Below, piece after piece: positions 45,061-55,581 of a stretch of DNA of 64,000 bases; position 1 is the first letter of the stretch; every line of letters starts with the position of its first letter. The notes under the pieces were generated by a model that was not told the DNA's origin, searched no databases, and saw only the letters and a list, made by a program, of their open reading frames with translations. A program made the position numbers and the translations under genes. Source of the stretch: Histomonas meleagridis 2922-C6/04-290x (Eukaryota > Protista > Parabasalia); contig JAANOX010000256.1 of NCBI GenBank assembly GCA_020184695.1, positions 302,597 through 366,596 on the forward strand. The letters are read 5' to 3'.

Positions 45061-47403
45061 ATGAAACAAAGTTATGACCTTAATACCAATAAAACTTTAA
45101 GCACAGATATAGAATGTTTTGAGGATCTAAGTAAATTTTATATTACTCTCGAAAAAATTATCTTTCATATAGACGAAGAAAATCTTGAAAATTCAGTTGA
45201 AAAGACAATAGAATTATTTGATTCAAACTTCCCTTATTCATTTAATTTAACCATATGTAATTTCGTCTATATTTCATTTTGCATAACTCATAATACAAAT
45301 TATATATACTTCAAATATTTGAAATCAATTCAAACAAAAGAAGAAGAAGAATTAAACCAAAGTTATCCTAAAATCATGGATATGTTTATTGAATATATGT
45401 CTAGAAAGAAATCACAAGAATCATATTATTTAATTGAAAAAATGATCGAATTAAATTTAATAAATGTTAAAAATACACGTATTTATATTTTTCAAACTAG
45501 ATTAATTGCGCATTATAAAACAGAAGAAGAAAATAAGCATTTGAATTTTGATAATTTATTTGAAGAAACGTTTTTTGAAAATTATGAAGAACTATCAAAG
45601 AATGATTGGGAGCTTCATAAAAAATATATTAAAGAAGGACATAACCCGAATGAAATTGCGAAAATAATTCGAAATGATGAAATAGAAAAACTTCAAGAAA
45701 TAGCAACACAAACAAATTTTAATTTTAATCAAACAATTGAACCATCGCTTTATGAAAGATGTTCTTTTATTAACGAAGAAGATGTTACATTAATTGATTA
45801 TGCAGCATTTTTTTCTTCTATAAAATGTTTTAAATATTTACTTATGAATGGTTCAAATGTATTAAACACAGGTAAATATGCAGTTGCAGGTGGAAATTTA
45901 GAAATCATTCATTTATGTGAACAAAATCACTCATCATTTGAATATGCATATAAAACAGCAATTCAATTTCATCGATATGATATCTTCCAATATCTTTATG
46001 AAAATAAAATCAGTCAAAATCCTAATTTAGAAAAATTGGGAAAAATATCTGTTTCATTTTATAATTATGAAATATTTTTATATTTACGAAAAGAAGGAAT
46101 GAAAAATAATGATTATAATTTTATTGTCAAATCAATAAAATTAGGAAATATTTATTTTGTTATATTATTATTAAAGGGGAAAAGAATTGATGTTAATGCA
46201 ATATATATTTATTTTAAAAATTTAAAATTAGTTTTAAAAATTTTGGATTTATTTTAATAGTTTAAAATTCTTTTTACTAATTTGAAACTTGTTTAAATAA
46301 TTTAATATTTATTTCAATATCTTAATATTTATTTAAATAATTCAATATTTCTTCTATAAGTATGATATTTTAAATAATTTTGTATTTCTTTTGAAAATTT
46401 ATGATTCTTTTTAATTATGTATAATTTCAAATAATTATTTTCATAATTTGGAACAGTACTTCATTTAGCAATTCAAAATAATAATATAGAAATAGTAAGA
46501 TTACTTTTGGGACAAGAAGGAATTAATGTAAATGCAAGATGTATTTATTTTGATAATTTATAATTTATTTTAATGACATGCAATTTGTTTTAAATATTTG
46601 AAATTGGTTTTAATAATTTTTGGTTATTTTTAATAGTTTAGTATTTATTATTATAATTTAATGTTAATTATAATAATTTGAAATATTTTTTAAATTTTTG
46701 AAATTGGTTTTAAGCATTTTATGTTATTTTTATTTAATTATTATTAATTTGTATGTTTTGATGTTCATTTTAATATTTTGAAATATGTTTTAATAATTTT
46801 ATATATGTTTTAATATTTTGCAATATGTTTTAATAATTTGGAACAGCACTTCATATAGCAGTTAGAAATAATAATATAGAAATAGTAAAATTACTTTTAG
46901 ATAAAGAAGGAATTGATATTAATGCTAAAGATAGTATTTATTATAATAATCTCATATTTCAAAATAATATTCGGAAATTATTTAAATTATTTAGTACAGC
47001 ACTTATATTAGCATCTGATTATGATTTTACAGAAATAGCTAAATCTCTTCTTGAACAAGAAGGAATTGATATCAATGCTAAAGATAATATTTATTATAAT
47101 AATCTTGTATTTCAAAATAATGTTCGGAAATTATTTAAATTATTTAGAACAGCACTTATGTTTACATCTAGAAATGGTAATATAGAAATAGTTAAATTAC
47201 TTCTTGAACAAGAAGAAATTGATATTAATGCTAAAGACATTTATTTGTTTTATTTAATATTTATTTTATTAAATAAAATTTGGTAATTATTTAAATTATT
47301 TCATACAGCACTCAAGATAGCACAACAAAATCATCGCACAGAAACAGTTAATTTACTCCTTAAACAAAATGGTATTAAAAAAGATATATGCAGCCATTAC
47401 TAA
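45061..47403 (+). CDS. DUF3447-like/ankyrin-repeat gene interrupted by five intron-like AT-rich inserts
   Basis: One continuous frame from ATG 45061 to TAA 47401-47403. All internal stops lie inside inserts 46207-46452, 46543-46842 and 47239-47304. Inserts 46933-46995 and 47086-47148 are stop-free. Modules read TAL..A......EIVKLLL.QEGIDINAKD. Confidence 0.75.
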
Positions 47404-48054
47404 TAAGCTTTAAATTACTGAAATGAAATGTATGCTTAATAAAAATTACAATGACCAAAATTAATATTTATTATCTACCATTTTTATTATTTGCTTGTTC
47501 AAAAAACAAACAGCAAAAACGAACTGAAAATTACAATTTAACACCTCAAAAAGTTATTGTTAAACACAAAAAGTACATATAAGTTTATGTATACATATGT
47601 ATAACAACTATTACATAAAAGAATGTACTCCTGCAGAATTTTGCAGTTATTAACGCAAATGAGGGTCCTTACATAGACGTGCCAAATTTAAACATAATAA
47701 ATCGGAATTTTTATCAAAACTTGGAAATAAATTTATAAAATATATTTTACATTTTAATGAATCAATAATAGATATCATAAATTCCATAAATATTCGATTA
47801 GAAAAAAATAATAAATTATGGCAAAGACTTTGGAATAATGTAAATACTAATCAAGATGTGACACCATTAATGGTACTCCATGGTCATTAAATTAATCATA
47901 AAATGATATTAAATGGAAACGAGACTTTACATTGTGTTTAAATTTATGACATGTCATTTTAAGATGAAGCAAAACCATAAATTTAATAATCAAATTCAAG
48001 CTTCATTCTCACGTGATTCAGAAAGTTCTAATGTAATGCATTACATTTATTTTA

Positions 48055-48057
<3 letters not shown>

Positions 48058-48092
<35 letters not shown>
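48058..48092. repeat. (AT)n microsatellite
   Basis: About 17 perfect AT units. Confidence 0.95.
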
Positions 48093-48096
<4 letters not shown>

Positions 48097-48657
48097 CTTC
48101 AAGAAGAATATCAAAAATTTGCACCACCTGAAATATTAGAAGTTTCTACAATTAAAAATGAATTACAAATTAATAATAATTCATTAATCGAAACTAAAAG
48201 TAAACAATTAATGTCTTATGAATGTGAATTAATAAATATTCTCTTTATTAGCTACTTTTATTTTATATAATACATATATAGGGTGTCCCACTTTTACAGA
48301 AAATCTTGATGTATAAAAGAAATTGGTAAAATCACATTATATCAAATAATTCTTCAATAAATTTCAATTAAAGTACTATAACTTTGTTATTTTTATTATT
48401 TGTTTTTAAATTTTGTGCGAAATGACCATTAGGGTTCATTAAATTATGAGTCAAAAGGTAATACATATTAAAAATTATTACTTGGGATATATACTAAAAA
48501 TTGAATTACATATATAATAAACTTCATTAAATATTATAACTTTTGGAAAATTAAAGCAAAAGTTGGAAGAAATTGATTTGAAAAGTATTCATAAATATAT
48601 TTGAAAAATCATTTGTTTTTGTGTATAAGCTGGTGATAAAATTTCAGATATGATTCT

Positions 48658-49479
48658 TTATTCACGTATGATGCAAGAGCATATGTAATCTCCACCTAAG
48701 TACGAAGGAGGAATATTATTTTTGGTAGTAAATTTTGGTTCAATATTATTCTCCTTAACAAGTAATGCCAAATTTCCAAGAGCTATTCCAATATCAGCGG
48801 ATGCAAGAAGAAGCTTCTTGTTATAGTAAATGTGCATTTCTTTTCCATCAACACAAAATCTCCATCCTTGTTGATTACGTGCTGAAGGTCCAGATCTTAA
48901 CGCAGTGAACATAGGAAGTAAATCTTTTGATGTTTCTTCTGTGTAAGGCCTTTTAGCATCAACATTATAAAACAATTGTTCAAATGGCTTCCTTTTATCT
49001 GGCTTTACCATGAATTTGAGAACCCTAGCTTGCATGTGGATATTAGGATTCTCGATTCCATAAGGAATACAACATATTGTTTTGCATTCTGGAAAATCAA
49101 GACTTGATTGCTTTGAATTAAAAGAACCGCCAAGCCATACAGTACCAATCTTGTATCGCGATAGCTCCATAACAGCAATTTGGGCCTTAAAGCTAGCATC
49201 AATAATTGCTTTGTTCTTAAGCTCCTTATTATTTAAATAATTTTTCGGAATAAGATCTAAAATACTCCCAGAAGCTCCTTTAACAAATCCATAAGAACCA
49301 ATTTTACGATTAGTGTGCCCAATTTTTCCTTCTGTATTGAATGGTGTTTTCCATTCATTTGCCTTTTTAACAATTTCCTGAACAATTTTTTCTTGTTCTG
49401 GTGAAAATTCATTGGTGAAAGTTCTAACTGAGTGGCGCCATTTAAATGCGTCCAAGAGAGGAAGTTTTTGCAATGACAT
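48658..49479 (-). CDS. Nitroreductase-family (FMN-binding) protein, two-lobed bacterial type
   Basis: WRHSVRTF FMN-binding start, GIGTVW-like RYKIGTVWLG, GPSARNQQGWRF, DIGIALGN. Confidence 0.85.
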   Translation of the reverse strand: MSLQKLPLLDAFKWRHSVRTFTNEFSPEQEKIVQEIVKKANEWKTPFNTEGKIGHTNRKIGSYGFVKGASGSILDLIPKNYLNNKELKNKAIIDASFKAQIAVMELSRYKIGTVWLGGSFNSKQSSLDFPECKTICCIPYGIENPNIHMQARVLKFMVKPDKRKPFEQLFYNVDAKRPYTEETSKDLLPMFTALRSGPSARNQQGWRFCVDGKEMHIYYNKKLLLASADIGIALGNLALLVKENNIEPKFTTKNNIPPSYLGGDYICSCIIRE

Positions 49480-49738
49480 TTAAATTTTTGTAAACACCTC
49501 GATCACTTCACTATAATTAACCGTAAACTGAATTCAAAAATCAGCAGCGGTTAAAAATTAACGATAGAAATTTTCCCATCGGCATGTCGATGAAAAATTT
49601 AAACGTTCTTCTGTAAACCATTGGTCCCCTTCTCTTTATAAAGAATCAAATAATTAAATATTCACAATTCCTGCTACAAACAATGTTTTCGAAAATATTT
49701 GAACACCAAACGTTCAAAATAATTTACAAAATTCATAT

Positions 49739-50614
49739 TTATTCGTAATCTTCTTCTTCAGGTGGAAGGAATCCTTTAGATTCATCCGCTTCGTAAAGGA
49801 TATCAAGTATCTCTTTGATGTTTGGCTCATTTTCATGATCTTGGCAATAATCTTCAACTTTTCTCAATTTATCATAATAAAAATCTCTTTCCTGACTCAT
49901 TTGCTCAACTTCCTCAGTTAGTTCATTAACCTTTGTCTTCAGTGCTTTGACTTCCTTCGCTGAGGAATCTGATGCATGAGCATTGGTAGCTTGCACGTTT
50001 GATTGATGCTTGGCAACAGGTTCTTTAGCAACTTTACGGGGCGCAGAAGCTTTCGTGGTATTTCCAACTCTCCTGAGAGGTTTTCCTTGTGCTGGTGGTA
50101 CTGATGGTGTTGGGTGAGATCTGATTGGTGGATTACCTGGTGCAACTCTTGTACGATTAGATGCCATTCCTGCTGGTTTCCCTGGCATTTTATCACGTTC
50201 GTTGGGTTCTTTGCAACGCGTTTGTTTCCTTCTTCCAACTGCATCATATTCTTCATGTGGACCTGTTTGCTCAAAATACCCATGAATCCATTGGAAAAGT
50301 TCAAGTGCCGCCATATACTTTCCCTTAGTAAGGGTATTAACATCTATATATTGCTTTATTCCGTTTTTATCAAATGCATCTTGTAATATTTTATAGTTTT
50401 CAACCATTTCTGGTTCAGTGCGGGCATTGTAATTAACGCGACCAAGAGCAACTGTACCTGGATGAATGCAATCAATGACTTGACAAAATGCTGCACCATT
50501 TGATGTATCTTCAACTTTGTCATATTTAAGGCAAAGAAGATTATTTATCCAATCTAGAAGTTCAGCGCGTCCCACAAAATAGCATCCACTCATCATTCCC
50601 ATTGGTTTGGCCAT
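49739..50614 (-). CDS. EB1: EB1 microtubule plus-end tracking protein
   Basis: CH domain (GRAELLDWIN...GAAFCQVID.IHPG...NYKILQDAF...LELFQW) and EBH domain (ERDFYYDKLR.VE). The likely start is the ATG at 50614. Confidence 0.95.
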   Translation of the reverse strand: MAKPMGMMSGCYFVGRAELLDWINNLLCLKYDKVEDTSNGAAFCQVIDCIHPGTVALGRVNYNARTEPEMVENYKILQDAFDKNGIKQYIDVNTLTKGKYMAALELFQWIHGYFEQTGPHEEYDAVGRRKQTRCKEPNERDKMPGKPAGMASNRTRVAPGNPPIRSHPTPSVPPAQGKPLRRVGNTTKASAPRKVAKEPVAKHQSNVQATNAHASDSSAKEVKALKTKVNELTEEVEQMSQERDFYYDKLRKVEDYCQDHENEPNIKEILDILYEADESKGFLPPEEEDYE

Positions 50615-50729
50615 TTTAAAAAATATGTATACGTTTAAAATTTCTTTCCCAACTTTTTCCATTTTCTGATATTAATTTTGTTGAAATTCAAAATAATTAG
50701 TCATATAAGGGAAAAAAAAATAATCGGCA

Positions 50730-50801
50730 GGGTGTGTAGCTCAGTGGTAGAGCGCTACATTTGCATTGTAGAGGCCTGGGGTTCGATCCCCCACACATCC
50801 A
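50730..50801 (+). tRNA. trnA-UGC: tRNA-Ala (UGC)
   Basis: 72-nt cloverleaf. Acceptor GGGTGTG/CACATCC carries the G3:U70 Ala identity pair. D-stem GCTC/GAGC, anticodon stem CTACA/TGTAG with loop TTTGCAT, T-loop TTCGATC. Confidence 0.97.
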
Positions 50802-50808
50802 TTTTTTT
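50802..50808 (+). terminator. Pol III oligo-T terminator
   Basis: A run of T residues begins immediately after discriminator A50801. Confidence 0.85.
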
Positions 50809-53502
50809 CGAGTGATTTCAAGAAGCATAGATATGGGCTACGCCCCGGACCATGTCTTGTTACAAATTGTAACTCCAGTTGAAATGCTGGAAATAGAAGC
50901 GTCATCGTAACGTTGAACAAATTAGAAACCTTTCACTAAACACCAATCTTGATCCGACCCCTCAATCGGGATTAGGTACTGATCAAAGGACATCTAAAGA
51001 ACAACAAGTCAAGAAATCATATATAGTATCACATATCAAAGACCCAATTTCACATACAAAGAATTAAATTTAAAACAAGTTCACACTCGCTTAAAATCTT
51101 CAAAGAATAAAATAATTTATGATCAAGAGGAATCTATATGCTGTTTTTGAAATATGGAATCATTGTGATCACTTTTGATATTAGCAAGATTTCAGAAATC
51201 TGTCTTGACAAAATATTCAAAATTAGATAAATTTTGGACACAAGTATATAATTTTGAAAAATATATCATATTCATTTGTGATGCTTGCATCCGCCTCGGA
51301 TGATAAACGGTCAAAAATCAAACCTTTATCATATCGTTGAAATGCAAAATTTAATGCAATCATGTGTATTACACACACACAATATCTCCCCATGAAGTGG
51401 GGTGCCCCCACTTCATATTTCATATTTCTACGAAATATGATCTATTCAAAAAAATCATTGTACACACACAGGGGAATTCAATTTTATTTCACTCCTTACT
51501 CACTTCGTTCGGTGTGTGTTATATCGCCTTCAGCTCAAGTCTCACTCACTGGGGAATGTGGAATGCATACGCACTTTTATACGCGCTTTTCGTAATAAAC
51601 CATTCAAATACGCACTTTTTTGGATGCACGCCGATCTAACCGTAAAAAATTCCAATTTTTTGATCATTTTTAAATCTCAAAAATTAAACTTAAACATTTT
51701 CAATAAAATTAATATATAATATAACTTATATAAAGTGCTTAAATAATTTAATATTAAATCTTTAAAAAATTAATTCTAAAATGAAATAAGATCAATTTAA
51801 AGAAATATTCTCATTTTAAAGAACCAATTACATTAATCAAATCTACACATTCAAAAACGTATATCTATAATGTTTTTTTTGATTAGGATATCTGATATTT
51901 ATGATAATATTTTCCAAAAAATTGAGTTGTATTCAATTATTGAATGAGTATTTAATTCTTACGCGAAAAAACCGTAAATAAGAACAACACATAAAAAAAA
52001 ATTTGACATACATTATTTTTCTCAAAAGTGATTTTTCGTTTGAAATGAAAATATCTTTATCAAAAATGATAAATTAATGGTCATATTATTATTAATATAT
52101 AAATGAACATTAATAATTATTGATTATATCAAAGTTTTATTGATTTTATTCGATTAAATTTTTTAATCTTAATTTGATTGCATTCAAAATTCAGATGATT
52201 ATTATTAATAATACATACTAATATATGCATTGATTTATTATTAATTATTATATTAATTTATTATTATTTATCATAATTCATTTTGGACATTTATGATTAC
52301 TAATTAATCATAATATTCATCATTATTTGATTTTATCATTAAACGTTATATTCATCATTCTTTATTATTAAGTATCACTGATCATTCATTATTATGTTCA
52401 TTTATGAATGACATTTATGTATAACATTTGTAAATAACATTATGCATAACATTATACATTACATTCTTAGAAATGGATTAATTAAAATACCAAAACTTCA
52501 TCATTTGCCATGTTAACGTGCTTTTTAACGATCAAAATCAATTCAAAATCAAATGAATAACATTTTGTGCACCGAAGATTCGAATATAGCAAATCTTAAG
52601 GAAATGATCAACATCGGCCCAAAAAATATCGGATTTTGTTCTCGAAAAAGCCCTAAAAATTTTGAAGTAAAAAATACTAATCGAAACTCTTTTTAAAAAT
52701 TCGTGATAACAATATTTGAAATAAATCGAATAGTATTCAAAGGGTTGCAATCTTCAAGATGTCTTGATGGAGACGATTCTGAACCAACTTATGAAGCAAT
52801 TGCTCAATAATTGGATAATCAATGATTTTCCGAGCGAAAAACGTGTTAGCATTGAAAAAGTCATAACCGCCACGAAAAAAACTATGGGAAATTTGAGTAA
52901 ATTTATATTAGTATGTCCGGCATGCGCACGATGTCCACGATCGTTATAGGACAATTAGCTTCTTATAAAACTTACCCGCAACACGCAAATTCGCAACAAT
53001 TATAAATTCTAACACAATGATCGTATATATGTTATTATCGCGTATTAAATTTTTCTGTAATTATTACCTTATTATATGAGACGTAGCCGGACAATAATCA
53101 ATAATAATATAATTGTTAGGAATATAATTGTGTTAAGATACATATTGTCGAGAGATATATTCTAACAGAATAATGTTTGTATATATGCTATATTGCGAAA
53201 AAAATATATAATAGTTTATATATCTCATCTAGGACATGGTCGGACATAATTAATAATGATATAAATTGTTGAGTAATATTTTGTATGTAAAATAAATATT
53301 CTAACAGAATAAATACTGATAGTTCACGATATATTAGATTGTCATGACCTTTTTTTTCACTACACTTATACTTCAAGTTCATTTCATTTTAGGTCGGAAT
53401 ATTCCTGAAGAAATTCAAATGTTCATTTAGGAAAAGCATTGAAATATTTAAAGAAAGAAGTCGAAAGGTATTCCAATTTTCGAATTATTATTGGCGTCAA
53501 TA

Positions 53503-55266
53503 CAGATTTGAATATAAAGGTACTAACCGTATTTAAAGGTACTAGTACCTTTCGCACTTTTTCAGAAATTAACATAAAAAAATTAAAATATCTTTTGATA
53601 GACTAAATATAAGAAAAAATGTTCGATAAATATATATAATATATGCGATCTAATTATTATGAATAAATTTTAAGCTTGAAAATTTGATCAGGTGAGATGT
53701 TATGCGCACTTTTCCAAATTTTAATTTTTTTCATTTATTTCATATTATTTTAAATATTTTTTAGATTTTTGGAGTTTACTCAAAGATTCCTTTTGGGAAG
53801 TATTTTTTGTTAATGATACCCCGGTTTGAGTATAATTTTTTTTGTGATGAAATGGATTTATCAAAATTTATATTTCAGATCTCAGAGAACGAAAAAGAAT
53901 TTCGAATATTTTTCACATCAAAAATTATTCTCCTTATATCTTCATTAATATCAGTAGATATGCCAGCTTTTTCAGAGCTAGAACGGACGTTAATACTGGT
54001 CGTAACTTGTTCATATGCCCTATAAATTTTTTCAGCTAATGCTGCAACATCATTCAAGGTTTGTTTTGATGTGAGATTTTTTCTAACATTTTTAAGTGCA
54101 CCAAATATCACCAAATCAAGCATTTGAAAAAGGTCAGATGTATGCGGAGAAAATGTTATAACAATTACTCGATTTTCGGCGAAAATTTTCAAAATTTCAA
54201 GATCGCAATGTGAATAATGATTGTCCATGAATAAAACAGCAAACTCATCTGGAAACCTATCAATACTTCGCTGATTATTAACATAGTAAATAAATACATT
54301 TGTAATATAATCATAAAATATTTTTTTTCTCACGTATGGAGGATTTGATATTGAAATTTGCAGGTCAATTCCATTTCTTATACCTGTACGAAAGATATCA
54401 TTAACTCGTAGGCTAGAAGCAATTGTCATTGCTGTTATGGCATTACATGCTGCGCTAATACAAGAAATTAATGTTTGATGCCTAATTGAACGTTTTACAG
54501 GTACCATAACAGGTGCTTGACACATATTTCTCGATGCTATAACCGATTTTATCTTTTTATCTTCCCATTTGCTTGTACCCATTTCATCTATGTTAGAAAC
54601 CAGTTCTGCTGCTTTCCCAACAACATATTACTTTATATTTTTAATGTGCTTATCTAGAAATTCTCTAGGCACATTCAATCTTGTGTTCTCTTGAGAAATA
54701 GCTTTGGTGAATCCAATTTGATCTTTGTAATTTCTAAAGAATCCAGCAAGCCATTCTTTTGTAACTTCTTTGCCAAATTTTGTCTTCATGTACAGCAATA
54801 ATTCTTGTTTCGTTAGCAATTCGTTTTTTTCTGCCATTTCAATTATATATTCAATTATTTGATTTTCTTCTTCATCATCAAAAATTCTGGGGCGCCCTAA
54901 GTCATTTTTTGCATTTTTTGCTTTTTTTTTAATATTTGCTATAACCCCATGACTTACATCGAATATTTCTCCAAGTTTTTTGGTGTTAAGCAAAATATGA
55001 CACACATTTTCACAATATTCAGGGAGAGAAAGTACTTGGTCATTTCTAAATTGTAATGATTGAAATTCCGGATTTCTTAATAATCTTCTTATATCTACAT
55101 CCCTTAAAATAGTTCCCTTTGATCGTTCTTTGAATTCATCAATTGAAATTGCAGGTGTCTTGAACGCATCGCTTGATTTCATCATTTTTCAAAATAAAAA
55201 GTGACAAAAAAGTGCAAAAGAAATTAGTACCTTTAAATTCGGTTAGTACCTTTTTATTCAAATCTG
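53503..55266 (-). mobile_element. Complete pogo-like (IS630-Tc1-mariner, DD35D) DNA transposon
   Basis: TIRs CAGATTTGAAT(A/T)AAAGGTACTAACCG(T/A)ATTTAAAGGTACTA at both ends, flanked by TA (53501-53502 and 55267-55268). Total length 1764 bp. Confidence 0.9.
53875..55185 (-). pseudogene. pogo-like transposase with one in-frame TAA (54628-54630)
   Basis: ORFs 54628-55185 and 53875-54582 are in the same frame. HTH-like N-terminus. NIDEMG, FMDNHYSH and QMLDLVIFG give DD35D spacing. Confidence 0.88.
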
Positions 55267-55581
55267 TATTCATAAATGAATTTTCACATCAAAGTATCAT
55301 TCATCAAGTATTAAGGGAAAAAATCAATCAAGAACCAAATATCAGAAGCGCGTTCAAAAGGAATGACATGGGACGAATTAGGCATTTCTTCCTTCGTTTC
55401 AAAAACTACCATGTACAGATGGATGCATGAAGATATGTTCATTCGAGCACAATCCCAAAGACAAGTGCATCCTCGAAGAGGGTGTTTAATCTTCCCAGGA
55501 TGAAAATATAGACTCATCATGTTAGCAAAGGAATAACGTAATCAACATCTATAAGTGTCAATTGAGTGGACTCGTCAGGCA

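Noticed and set aside
46934-46994. Canonical GT-AG intron in ankyrin insert 3
   Set aside because: Removing GT...AG (61 nt) shifts the frame, and the GT/AG pair is not shared by the homologous inserts.
48279-48300. TAGGGTGTCCCAC resembling a Tc1/mariner TIR start
   Set aside because: No matching inverted partner or transposase remnant was found nearby.
537-52954. Numerous 60-135-aa ORFs antisense to or overlapping the real genes, or in AT-rich spacers (e.g. 1283-1489, 15003-15293, 23863-24240, 40105-40386, 49939-50343, 52538-52954)
   Set aside because: No recognisable motifs. They are expected shadow ORFs, especially as the track allows GTG/TTG starts.
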